Positions 24,801 through 37,180 of a stretch of DNA of 64,000 nt are shown here, in pieces. Within the stretch, counting starts at the first letter, position 1, and each line of letters starts with the position of its first letter. The stretch is from Takakia lepidozioides (taxonomy: Eukaryota > Plantae > Bryophyta): assembly GCA_030704615.1 (NCBI GenBank), contig CM060733.1, positions 40,796,001 to 40,860,000 of the forward strand, given 5' to 3'. Both the position numbers and the translations under genes were made by a program. The notes beneath the pieces were generated by a model. It did not search any database. It saw only the letters and a program-made list of their open reading frames with translations, and was not told the origin of the DNA.

Positions 24801-25481
24801 CGACCATTTCTGCAAATATGTTTTCCAACTTATATAACTAAGGAACAAACTTAAGTCTCGCCAAACTGTCAAGGACGAGAACATGACTGAACACAAACAA
24901 GAGACCAGACTAGAGGTACAAGACTAGACAAGAAGTCAAGGTCAGCGTGGCCGAATGCATGATGGGGAAACATGAATCAAGATGATCTATTTTAACAATG
25001 GACAAGAGTACAAGATACTGAAACTTGACTTGAATATTAGAATACTGGAAACTGGACTAGAGTGCCAAATACTGGAAACTGGGCTAGAGTACTAGAAGCT
25101 GAATTAGAGTACTAGGACTGGAAACAAGAGTAGCTTGAACTTGTGTTGGCGAGACTGATGAATGTCCAGTCTCGCCTTCTATATATATTAACCACTAAGA
25201 AGTTCCGTAAGAAGCTTCCCCAATAGAGGTTTCTGGATGGAGAAGTTTCCTTAAACAAAAGAGGTATCTTGATGGAGAAGTTTCCTCCAAAAGAAGCTTC
25301 CAGAGCAGTTTCCTAAGTTACTCTCGGTAATTTGGTAAACTCCCGGTAACTTGGTAACTAATGATAATTTATGGTAGATCATGGTACATCACAATAAATC
25401 ATGATAACTTTCGATAACATAGTAACTTGGTAACTTCTAATATTTACTCCTGATAAGTTCTTCTGGGCTATGTCCGTGACA
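21870..25481 (-). mobile_element. Ty3/Gypsy retrotransposon, Tcn1/sushi (chromovirus)-like, 3'-truncated
   Basis: 5' LTR 24867-25481. PEG10/RTL1-like gag (EPKISMPEKFDGT...LRLHPQRYP; CLYCGEKNH knuckle), protease (AFFDSEASACFID), RT ([29 protein letters not shown]), RNase H ([23 protein letters not shown]). No integrase or 3' LTR. Confidence 0.92.
24867..25481 (-). repeat. 5' LTR of Gypsy element
   Basis: Minus strand TGTCACGGAC...GTCCTTGACA inverted termini; TATATATAG at about 25179-25187; the LTR starts exactly where Copia 2 coding sequence breaks. Confidence 0.9.
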
Positions 25482-28321
25482 GAACCTCCATGATGTTCTT
25501 GCAAAACCACTCGGCAGCTTGAAGGTAATAGTACCCTTACCCTTGATCTGAAGAGCACTGTCATCACCAAGATATACATTACGACACCCAATTGTGACTT
25601 GAGACAAACAAGCACAATCGGGAGTCTCTGAGTTTCCTACAACCACGCGCGATCGCGCGAAGTTTGTCGCGCACCTCACTTCGGTAAGCTCCCCTTCAAA
25701 TCATAGTTAATCGCTTTGATGCGCGCGCCTAACTCCCAACCTGGCCACCGGGCCAACTTGGAGCTTCGGCTGCTCACCGGGACATAACGGTCCCCCTTTA
25801 CTCTTCCACTGGACCTTCAACCAATTTGGGCATAGTGGAAATTCCCTTTGGTAGACGGCAGTCTGGATTAGCTCCCCACTCTTGGTCGCTTTCCGGCTTG
25901 TTCGCTCACTCACTAGTTTTGTGTCACCAACGGGCTTGCACCGTTCTCGGGGTTACTACTCCGTATATATACTTCTGTGACTGTCCGTTGGGGTTTCACA
26001 AACAACCCTGCCATTTTATGGCGAACCACCACGAAGACCCTCGACTCCCGGTGATGAATCGCGGTGAGTCTTGGCCCACCCACCACGGCTCCTTGGACCG
26101 TGATGTGTTCCAAGACTTCCCACGACTCCCACCACAAGGTCTCCGCCCCATGGTGAGTCCTATGTCACCCCCACTAAGTCCTACTAAGCTACCATCACCC
26201 CTTGTGGAGCCACCCCCACCGCAACCCGGTGTGGCGCGAGGCTCCACCTAGTGAGCGCCTCCGCCTCCTTGAGTGCCTTGGGCACTCAAGGGTGCTTCAG
26301 CCCCCCGTACATATTGCTGCCACCATCCCCACCACAGGGGCAACCCCTCTGCGTCCCCACCCCTTGCCCTCAAGGCAAAAGGCCGCGACACACACCCGTA
26401 CCAACAGGGAGTCGATGTCTTCATTGACTTGTCCATTTTGTAGAAACGAACATCCAAGTTGTGGCGTCCCACATCAAAGAGTTTGTTTCTGCACCATGGC
26501 GTCCCATGACAAAGAACCAAACTCCTCACTTGACTCTACTCTCCACTAGCTAGTTCGGCCGACTTCCTCCAAGTCCTAGCCAAGGGTGGAGCTTCTCAAG
26601 CTCCACCCAGTGCACTCTTCTTGGCCTACTTTAAGGCCAAGGAACGATCCTCCCCGAGGATCGAATCGGCTTACTGCAACAACATTGCTTGCGACCGCTC
26701 ATGATGCCGTTTTTGGCATCACCTTGAGCAAGGGTTCACCTTGAACCCTTTTTTACTAGGAAGATAACCTTGAACCAACCGTGCGCCCCAATCATTACAA
26801 TTGGGTCCGCCTTGGAATGCTGGCCTGAGGTACGGGAACACGCCGAAGCCGCACTACGACATCGTCCCGAGACTACACAATCATAGTACGTGAACGGAAG
26901 CACGTAACTTCCGCGTTAGCCTGCACTACAAGGCAACCCCCTCGGTAGCGCAGTTATAGTACGCGCATGCGCCAGGTGCGCACTAGCACGTAAACTCCCA
27001 AAGAAGACGTAAGTTTCCTTGCCCCTTGGATGGGAGTCACCCGATTTCGGCACTACGCAAACACACGATTAATCCAATTTACCTCTCCCACTTTTGTAAG
27101 CTAGTATGCATTCTACACACTAGCCAACCATACTATGCATCATCATTCTAAACAAAATAGGACGCACAACATTTGGAAACTGAAAGTTTTCGTAGGTTGA
27201 AAACCATTGTCTGTGCGATGTCATGTTCAGAAGCCGATGTACCAAGTGTGTCACTCGGAGCTGCAGACAAGGCAGTCACAAACAACTCATTGTTGTCACC
27301 AGCACCCTTTACGTGTCGATTGGCTTCAGGTGCAGATCTCTTGAATTTGCCAGCCTTCCTATCAACTTCTTTCTTTCGGCATTCACTAGCATGGTGATTC
27401 GGTTTCCCACAATAGAAACACTTCCCCTTCTTCTTCTTCCCCTTCTCCTGGGTGGATGTACTAGAGGTAGAGACAAAGTGTTTGCACTTGTGCCATATGT
27501 TGAACGCAACGTTTGATAGAGTAGCAAGAACAAGACCCTTCTGACGTGATTCCTCCTGGAGGAGCACTCCAACAACTAACTCCATAGACAAATCAGTAAT
27601 AGGACGAGTTCCAAGAGATACCACAACAAACTCAAATGCTGGAGTCAACCCATCAATGTCATGCATGTGTCTAACTCTGAAATCTCTGACCCTGTCGCTG
27701 CAATCTAATCCAGTAAAGTTCGCATCTTGACTATGGGACTATGTGAGAAGCAATGGAATCTCCATCACTCATCTTAAGAGTGAAAAATTGTTGTCGCAAC
27801 TGCAACAACACATTTCCATTCTTGGGCTCATACATCCTAACTAGGAATACCCAAGCTTCACAAGATGTCTCAAGCTTACTCACTTGCCCAAACAAGGAAT
27901 CACTCACATGCAAAGAAAATAGTTGCAAGAGCTTTCTGATCAAGATCCTCCTACTGTTCTAGTGCATCAACATCTAGTTCTGATGGTTTCTTATGTAAAA
28001 CCCGCTTTGATACCATGTCAAGAAAACACACATATACTTCTGAAGATGCAAGGATGAAACAATATATGACTCTATTACAAAGGAGTTCTCATCCCAACCA
28101 TAGAGGTTTGCACAAAGACACACAGATTGTTTGCCTCTCCCCTCAGCCCAATATATATACCTACTAGATGTCTCCTTCCGAGATATGTCTCCTACCGAGG
28201 GATGTCTGTTCTCTCAAAACTTCTGAAATAGCTATTGTAAGCCGCATCTATTCTAGGTATATCTAGAATGTCTAACGGATGATGAGTTGAACCCAAAAGT
28301 TCATCCATCCTAATTCTAACA
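25482..28321 (-). mobile_element. Ty1/Copia retrotransposon 2 (5' half)
   Basis: 5' LTR 28016-28321 (TG...CA); tRNA-iMet PBS tggtatcaaagc (28004-28015); gag (QLRQQFFTLKM; CFYCGKPNHHASEC); protease region (NVYLGDDSALQIKGKG). Confidence 0.9.
25581..27168. mobile_element. 1.6-kb solo-LTR-like insertion in Copia 2
   Basis: Flanked by direct repeat acatt (25576-25580 and 27169-27173). Removal restores the in-frame Copia protease ENFQFPNVYLGDD. Ends (t)acgacaccc...ggacgcaca resemble decayed Gypsy LTR termini. Confidence 0.75.
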
Positions 28322-28838
28322 TTTGGGCGGCCTGTGAAGCTGGCGACTAGCACAGCGAGCTGAGCTGTTTTCAAGGAACATAAACTGACCTGAGAGTTTC
28401 CAAGACGAAAGAACTGACGAGGCAAGGCACTTCTACGCAAAGTTGTATTTTTGGGGAATCGTGTTACTTAGAGGGGAAATTGTGTGTTGCTTGCAGACTA
28501 ATTTCTTTTGCATCAATGCAGGTGTTGTATGTTGTTCACATTAGGAGGTTGAAGTTCTAACTGGAAGAGGGGCAAATGCAGCCGGCATCAGCAAAGTAGA
28601 AATGGACAGCGCTGAATTGCATACAACGGCAGCCACGCATGACTCACACAGTAAGCGTTTCAATCCCAAGAATGGCTGCCAAGGGGAGAGTGCATGTGCC
28701 CACCCGATTCTTCTCCCCTTAAGCTCAACTTTGACCTTTAAAAATTATAAAAGAATGGAGTCGACCCCTAAACCTTTTCTTTGAGTACTCCTGGTGGTCA
28801 ACTCCGCAGTGCTGAGAGAGGAAGACAATGTGAAGGCC

Positions 28839-31800
28839 ATGGCGGGCTGTCTCTCCTGCTCCACCTTCCTTCCTGCTGCACACCAGGTTCTTCTCCCTAT
28901 TCTCTTTCTCTACGAGAATGTGTGTGTTTAGAAGATCCGGGGGATGGGAGTCTGTGTTTTGGAGAAGGTTAAGCAAGAGTGCAGTTTGGGTCTGTCTTTT
29001 GAACTTGATCTGTGCACTTTTGTCAGGGCAACCAAAATGCGAGGCTCTCGACAATCACTCTCTCAACAAAGGAGAATTCCCCCCCCTACCAAGCAAATTT
29101 CTGCAGCCCATTGGTCACATATACAACATATGCAGATTGTGCCGGCATTCGGCAAAATGTGGGCTACAGTTGGCTTTCAGTAGAGAGAAGAGGGCTTGAT
29201 GGAGTGGGAAACTGGGCCCCGCAGCTATGGAGGCGCATCAAAGAGTGCTCCTCAACGCACCAGCGTCGTGGTGTCATGGCAGTTGCTTCAAGTGAGTCGA
29301 TTCTTTGTTGTTTCCAGGGGCGCATTTTTCCAATACCCAACTTCACCCTCAAAATCTTGATAGATATCTTATGTAGGTCGTATAAATTGCTTTATAGATA
29401 AGCCTCTCTTCCATGGACACACATATCCGGTCTTGGTGTAGCTTTATTTGTAATCTGGAGAATTCCCAACTTCTTCTTGCATGGGGAGTGGGCAACAGCA
29501 CCGGTGCCAGGGCCTGGAGCCGTGCAAATAGCAGGGGCGCTCTTCACTTTTTCCACAGCGTTTGTTGTTCCGTTCTACACTACCATGATACTGGCACCTC
29601 GCTGGGAGTGGGTATGTCCCATCTTCCCATCCCTCGTTTTTGCCCTTGCTTTTGTCCATGTAATTGGAAGAGTATAAATAGAATCCACTCGTCCCTCGAC
29701 AGCTACTGTGTGTCTAAATCTGACAGGTCAGTATTTCACGATTTCATCAGCTTTATAATACATCAGCTGTAGATATGGCTTAATGCTTCTGGTAAGCTAC
29801 TGTGAGAAAGAGCTTGGAGCCTCCTTTCAGTCATAACAATGTTATAGACACCTGCAATATTGATAGATGTACTCATAAGACGCTGTTTGCCGTAGCCTTG
29901 TGGCCATTGACCCCGCCCTCAGTTTGAGCGGAACACAAAGGGTGAAGACACAGAAAGCGAGAGCTGTCTCCTCAAGGCTTCAGTAAATCTCTGATATGAT
30001 ATACACCCAGCAGCTTCTGCTAAACTAGAATTTGAGTGTCTGATTCCATCTTGACTGAAAGAACCTTATTGATCAATGAAGAAATCAGTCGTACTTCACC
30101 AATTTCACTCAGCATGAGAGTTTGACTCATCTGGTCACACCCCATCATCCATTGTGTAAGTTTTTTGTCTTTTTTAAAACTGCGTCATGATTAGTTACTC
30201 ACTTGTCACTGAGTAGTGGGGTCTCACAGTGATTTCATGGTGCCATTATATGTGGGCATATGTTTTGGCAGACCAAGAAGCTGTCCAAGAGCAATGTGCC
30301 ATATGTGGTGCTGGGAGCGCTGTATTTCTATCTCCTGAATCTCTCTTGGACCTCTGAAACTTTGCGCTTGATGTTTGCAAGCAAATATTGGCTTCCGGAG
30401 GTAAGTACTTGCCTCTGTACTACCATGGGAGGGCAGGGGGTGTTTTGGTGGGGTGGGAAGAGAAGCGCTGTGAGAGAGGAAGATGAAAGCTTTAGGTGAA
30501 GTTGATATTCAATGCCTTATTGGTCAGAATGAAACCAAGAGAAGCCTGTCAAATGCTTGCCATTTGTATCAACTAATGGAAATGACTGTATGTCCAAGAG
30601 GTAAGGTGTGACTTCTGTGAATTGGGCTTGTCCTGTGGCAGCTGCCTGGAATCACGCGTATGTTCAGTAGTACGATGACAGTCGCCTCTGCTTGGATCCA
30701 CTTGCTAGCTGTTGACTTGTTTTGCGGCAGGTAAGGCCCTGGTCCTCTTTTGTCCACCATCGTGGAGTATATGAGAAATGAAATAAGTGATACTTGATAA
30801 CATCTGCGGCAAGCCAAAAGAGCTTATGGGACAAGTGCAAGGTAAAGAGTGGGGCCCTCAACAAGCAGCCCAAAAACAACTACTGATTAATGGCTTGTCT
30901 AAGGTCAACACCTCGTGTAGAGAAGCATTTCTGATCCTCGTAATGGAAGACAACTCCCCTCCTGTCTCTGTAGCACAAGTGGGGCACAGGCACTCATCAC
31001 ACTGCAGGTTGTCTCTATTGGCTGGCCGTGGGAGCCCACCCTAAACCTTCCTAATGCCCTTAGAATCTACTCGTAAGACGTTTGCCATAGGCTTGTGGCC
31101 CATAGACCCTTCGCCGAGTTTGAGTGGAACAAGAGGGCACTCCAATAGTGGGACATACCTTGACATAAACAATTTGTTCGATCTTTCCAGATTAACTCTA
31201 GAAAGCCCTTCACACAAGCATCATTCTGAGACCAGTGCGAGGATGAGCACCTACTGATAGGTATAGCCAGTAAGCTTGGTGGCTGCCTCGAGGGGATCCC
31301 CGTCACTAGGGTGCCTAGTTGTCCAGTCTAGGCATGCACCATAACCATAGTTGTGTAACAGAGCAGAGGTGTGAGAGAGGGAGAAGTTGGAGGTGGATGG
31401 ACACAGCTGGAGAATAGGCTATGAAAGTCTGAAGACCAGACATTCCAATGGGTAATGTCAGAATGAAGGAGAGACCAAAAGATCATTGTGTATATGAGGC
31501 GTATTAGTAAATCTGGACTGAGCAAAATTTGTCTGCTGTACATCAAACATGAGAACATTGGAGATTGAACAGTATGTATGTTAGCTTTACTAGTGAGTCT
31601 GCACTTACGCTTGGCTTGTTTGGAATTGGGACAGGCATGTGTTCTTGGATGGGCTGCAGCACAATGTGGAGACACGACATTCACTAGTTCTATGTCTGAT
31701 GGTCTGCCCTGTTGGGATCTTCTCTCACTTGGTCACCAAGGTCTGTGTTTGCCTTTGCTTTCTTCCCTGGGGTTTTGTTTTCTGTGTGTGGTTGTGCATG

Positions 31801-31931
31801 TGAGTGATGGAGAGTGAAAGAGCACTTTAGGTGCCAAATGATGATTGTGAGATTCTGTGCAGGCTATCACTCTTTTTCTGCGACATGCCAGGGGGGATGA
31901 CACATCACGAGTTGCTCCCGAGCTGTTCTAG
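28839..31931 (+). CDS. ABA4: ABA DEFICIENT 4 / neoxanthin biosynthesis protein (DUF4281), chloroplastic; 7 exons
   Basis: Exons 28839-28886, 29027-29291, 29442-29611 (acceptor less certain), 30272-30400, 30642-30730, 31635-31740, 31863-31931. Motifs [59 protein letters not shown]; transit-peptide-like N-terminus. Confidence 0.93.
29869..29940 (-). mobile_element. Very short 3' fragment of RTEX-like LINE (ABA4 intron 3)
   Basis: tactcataagacgctgtttgccgtagccttgtggccattgacccc...agtttgagcgg nearly matches 54158-54225. Confidence 0.85.
30850..31225 (-). mobile_element. Decayed LINE 3' fragments (ABA4 intron 5)
   Basis: 31068-31225 matches the LINE 3' end ([17 protein letters not shown] vs [17 protein letters not shown]). 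30850-31050 has a more decayed CPTC...FWA segment. Confidence 0.7.
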
Positions 31932-32239
31932 GTGTTCCCAATGCCACACAATGGGTTCAGGAGTCCGTCTAATACCCTTTGGGATTCCCTCACAGAATAC
32001 TTTGCCTTCAGCAGAAACTGCAATCACCTTGGTGAAAAAAGTTCACTTTAAATACAGCACTGGTGATCAATCCGTTGTCCTGCTTTCATGGCTCCTTCAG
32101 GATTTTGAACCATATTTTCTCAGGTATTTATGTACTTTCCATTTCTCATATGAGAGGCTTTGGCTCCTTAACAAGGGCTCCTATGGGATACCCACCAGGT
32201 TTTCCTGCAATTTGAAGTAATGTTAGGGCGTAGACCAAG

Positions 32240-33190
32240 CCTATGATGCTTAGCTGATCTTTTTGGATGATCAGCACGTCCTGGATTGCTAGCTCTTGTT
32301 CATAGCTCCCGTTGCTAGTTCCCATCCATGGCTACATGCATAGAGAAGAGCTACAAAGGTAATATCATCCGGCTTTGTATCTCAAAGAGTTGCAGAGCCT
32401 TTCTAACACACCCATGCTGACCACAACCTGCAATCATCACACTCCATGAGACCACATCTCACTGTGGCATTGTGTCAAATACCTCACGCGCATCCTTTAC
32501 ACTTCTGCATTTCGCAAACATGTTAACAAGGGTATTCTCCAATTTACTTTGTGATATAATTTCAGCTTTCATGATGTCAGCATGGACCTCTTTGCCCTTT
32601 CCTGGGCTCCTAGGCGCATTAAGGACCACAATGAACGTGACCATGTTGGGCTTCACTCCTTCCCCTTGCGTTGCCTTATACATCTTGACAGCCTCCTCGC
32701 CAAGTCCACGATGTGCATATCCTGCAATCAGCAGTCCATGAGACCACATTTCGTTCAGCCATATTGCCAAACACTCAGACGCCCATCCTTCATGCTCTGA
32801 CATCGCATACATGTCCACAAGGGCAGTCTCCAGAATGATATCTGATGCAATTCCAGCTTCGATGATATCAGCATGGATATCTATGCCTCTTTCCAGTGCA
32901 CCTAGGCTGGCACATGCACTTAGAAATCCCAGACCTGTCATTTCTACGGCCCACAACTTTTGCAAAGGTACTCGAAGCAAAGGCACTCTCTTGCATGCTA
33001 CTGACAGAGAGAATCTCCTTGCGGTGCGCGACAATGGCCTCGTTCAATTACATTTAAAATGTCTGCCTTCTTCGCCTTACTGATAACTGAACATGAAAGC
33101 AGGGTGCTTTAGAACCATACGAGACAGCTTTTAGGCATACGTGCTATTGAAGCCTTCAAAATTCTACAAGAAGCTAATCAAAATAGGCGA
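32240..33190 (-). pseudogene. PLS-class pentatricopeptide repeat pseudogene
   Basis: LSACASLGALERGIDIHADII, TALVDMYA, EGVKPNMVTFIVVLNA, NTLVNMFAKCRSVKDAREVFDTMPQ*DVVSW; frameshifts and stops. Confidence 0.85.
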
Positions 33191-34192
33191 GACACCTTAA
33201 CAGAGAGCTCTGAAGATGTTAGACACTATGCTTTGTGAAGAGTGGATCATGAAGATCTCACTCAGGTTTGAAATTTGTTATTGACATGTCTTTTCAATCT
33301 TCCCTGCAAAATGCCTCACCCAGATTAAGAACCTTATATCCTAATCCTGCACTTGGATAGCAAAGCATGGTGCCACTGGCACGAGGTTGAATTGCTGCCC
33401 AATAAGGCAGCGTCATGCAGAATGTTTGTGTCGTGATAGGACGCACATCTTGAATGCAAAGAAAATTGAAGTAAATTGTAGTAAATGAAATTTGCACAGA
33501 ACAAGATGACAATTCATTTGCAGGTGGTATCAGTATCGTAATCATGAGGAATGTGAGGTAACTCGATATGCTGGCCTGAGGAAGAGATGTTACAAACTGG
33601 AAAGTCGCATTGAGAAGGAGTTCATAAGCAAACGGCAAACATACTGTGAAAGCATCAAACAAGCGAGAGATAGCAGCTGATTGTGGGCCTGTGGCCTGCG
33701 CGATACACTGCTTTTGTGTGTCTGATCTTAGACTATTCCGGTGCGTAGAGTCCTGCATGAGTGAAAACTCTTCCCTTAGACTCAATCTCACATCATATAT
33801 TTGTGAACTCCTACATCCTTCACAGAAAGATCTGTCCACCAGGATTGGCTGTTTCGACAGGATACTGAAATTGTGGCCCATCATAAAACTGTCGTAGCCC
33901 TTGAATGATCATCGAAAAATCACCTGTGGGTTGTATTGGAATTACCTTGCGTGACATCTATGAAGGAATAGAAAATCCCACGTGGCGAAGGTCGAGCCGA
34001 GGACTATGAGTATCAATAACCTCTGTGGAGGTAGTTCAAATAATTCGCTGCCATGATCTGCCATGTTCTGTCGGTTCTGTCTTACATGGCCTTTCATGAG
34101 GGTAAGACCAGGTTTTTTGTGATACATGTACAGCACAAGTACAGGTGTGAAGAAGAAGAAGAAGAGGAGGAGAAAGAGGGTTGCGAATCGTG

Positions 34193-34331
34193 ATGCAGGG
34201 CGGGGCATCACCAGCACGGGTGGGCGCCGCCATATCGGGCGCAGTGGCAGCCGGCGATGATGCTGCGCTGCTGGATCTCATGGCGGAAGACCTCACCTTC
34301 ACTCTTGACCGCAAGGCCGAGACTGAGCAAG
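34193..34331 (+). other. Probable first coding exon of an unidentified gene or pseudogene
   Basis: GC-rich MQGGASPARVGAAISGAVAAGDDAALLDLMAEDLTFTLDRKAETEQ ending at a G|GTATCT donor, preceded by a purine-rich leader. Downstream exons not resolved. Confidence 0.35.
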
Positions 34332-36599
34332 GTATCTGTATGTGTGTGCGTGTGTGGATTGTCTCTCTTTCTTTTCTCAAACTTGGATTTGGGTTCTACT
34401 TAAATGGTTCTGGGATTGCGCCAATAGATATCTTAGGCGGAATGGATTTATCTGTTTGGCCTGGGTTTGGTGTAAATCGCATTTTAACAGCATTTTAGTT
34501 GCTATGCTTGCCTTTGGACACTGATGATAATTCTAATGGCGATAACCCTAATGGCCCTGGATTTACAAAAAAGCCGGATCAGATGACATGCGTGGAAATT
34601 CTTCAGCTTCACTTTCTGGTATCTGTCTGGACGATACGTGGAACCAGTGTGATCACCCTCTGCCACCTCTGGTATAACATAATGCATCGTCGACATAATG
34701 GTGCGCCGTTCCTGTTTCCACTAAAGTTTAGGGTGCGAGAGTTAGAGAACTTCTGTCAGTTAGCCAGAAATTCTCGCCGGTGAACCCTCCAAAACACTTG
34801 GCCTTGTAACAGCTCTTTTAATTCAATCACTTGAACTTGGCTTGTTGGAAAAGCTGTGGTCCAGTGGAAAACTCATTATGGCAAACTCATATACATGTTG
34901 TTATGTCAGCCTCTCATTTCTTCTGGAATGATTCGCTAATGAATTGGGTTGTGGGCAGCTTTGATGGAGGACTTGCTTGCGTCTCTGCGCAAAGAGAAGA
35001 AAAATTTGGAGAAGGATGCATGGCGCTATGCAGCCAAACGTTCGCAGTCTTCTTTTATCTCGTAAATTTTTGGATGTCTCAGCCCGAGACTGTAGGATGG
35101 GGTGGAAGGGTTGCTGCCTGCTAAAACTTGGATACTTATGATTTGTCTCAGGCATTTGTTGGTTCAATCTCACAGAGGGGTATGTAGGAAGATCAAGACC
35201 CAGGACACTTCTGAAGTGAGCATATTTGAAGCTTATCCAACCCAAATTTTACCATATTCACTAAATTGTAATCTAAGCTAGGCACTGGTCCATACTATAC
35301 ACCAGGCAGTTTCTGGATTCAGCATTTGAATCCATGCTCGTTTGAGTAGTATTTGGGTGGTCAACAATTCTCAGATAAAAGATCACATGGCCATTCCATC
35401 GATTTGAAATTACCCCCCCAGTTGATGTGCTGTGCACCAGAGAGACTGCACTGGATGTAACAGTGCTAGGTGCTTCAAGGAATATATTCAATGCTGACCA
35501 GTTCTTTGTGTCGCAACTAAAATGAAAGGTGAGTTGGACTGGTTGTGTAAAATTTTGAATAGGAAAAATTAGTTTGGATACATCAGTTCTGTGAGTTTCC
35601 TGATGCTCTGCAGTTGATATTTTGGCTTGTTTGTGGAAGGCCTTCTCAAACTTTCCCTTGATAAGTCATAGAAGAGAGTGTAACACGATGAAGCTATTGT
35701 GGGAGCTAACTACTGTAAATGGAAACTGCCTCAATTCACACTTCTGCTCTGTAATGCTTTTAAGACAGTGGAATATGGGTCCCTGTGTGTGACAACTTCC
35801 TGATCGCATCCACCGCGAGGTGCGAGGAGGTATTGGGCATGGAAATGAAAATGCACCTCTTGTGAAACCTCTTTTTCCAGAGTTGATGCACTGCACAGAA
35901 TGTGACCAACAACTTGTAATGGCCTATGCACCAACACAGATCAAGTTACTGCAGACGCTCCAGTTCAACTGCCTCGTGCTTGGTACAAATTAATTCTGCC
36001 TGTATATTCGTTCTCAATCTGGCAGTTGCACAATTGCAGCATCAGAGGTTTTTTGACTCGAGCACCTCCACCACCACCACTTTTGAAAGAGGAAGAGAGG
36101 AAGTTGACAATAACTCTTCTGGCACTTGTGGGGATGTCAGGAGGAGGAGGGATTTCAGGAGACGGTTCTTTTGCAGGAGAGTATGAATATTGAAAACAAT
36201 ACGTCCAGCATAAGGACAGCAGGTGTGCACATGTGCATCCACATTATTCGAAGAGGATTCCAGTAGCTAGACATCTTTTTCGATCATTACTTAGTATTTA
36301 TGCCAAGTGTGGAAGAAGTGTGGTGGATGCACGCCCAGTGTTTGACAAAATGTAAGTTTGATTCTTGAAGATGTAATTACATGGAACATAAAGAAGGCAG
36401 GATACGCCAAGCGTGGGTGTGGTAGGGACTCGTGATTCAGTGGTGATGTAAGTACGAGCGAATGATAATTGAGGGGAAGGGGTGACATCCAACATAAGGC
36501 GTGTGGTGGCCTGGCAACCCTGGAAAAGGGCAGTGAGAGATCCACAGTGACATCATCCAAGGTGGCAGTGCACCAGATAGCGTTCTGGAGAATACCCTC

Positions 36600-37180
36600 A
36601 CTGTTCACAAATGTGGATGTCAATGTGCAAGTCAAGTGTGGAAGCGTATTGACAAAGTCAAAAGCCGGCTCTGTGCCAGAACACGCTTGTCGACATGTAC
36701 TGTGTATAGATGGGGAGCATGAAACATGCACGTCAGGTGTTTACAGTATCGCTGAACGAAATGTGGTCTCATGGAAATGATGGAATGCAATACATAGCTG
36801 CAATAGCTTCTCAGGGTGGTTGTGGGATGGAACCTCCGCACTTATTATTTGAACAAATGCTGGGGGAAGGCTTGAAGCCGGATGACATCACCTTTACATG
36901 TGTTCTCTCTGCATGTAGCCATGGGGGTTACTGGATGGAGGCTGCCACTCTTTCAATTGCGTTAAGTTAGTCAAGAGCCATTTCTGCGGCAGTGATGTCA
37001 ACAACCGGTTGCACACATTTGTTGTGGATGACACATTGCATCCTCAAAATGATGGAATCCAGGCTGAGCTGAAGGGACTCTATGTGCAGATACTTGAGGG
37101 AGGCTGGGAATGTAGCTGACAAGAACCTTATTAGGGTGTTTGGTGAGTGCCTCCGCTTGCCACGTGGACTTCATGACACG
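36600..37180 (+). pseudogene. PLS/E-class PPR pseudogene remnant
   Basis: ERNVVSW and LFEQMLGEGLKPDDITFTCVLSACSHGG; multiple frameshifts. Confidence 0.8.

Noticed and set aside
24417-24896. Domesticated PEG10/RTL1-like host gene
   Set aside because: It has frameshifts and stops and sits in a standard LTR-gag-pol context.
33294-33884. 196-aa ORF as a standalone gene
   Set aside because: No recognisable domain; probably upstream or intronic sequence of the PPR pseudogene.
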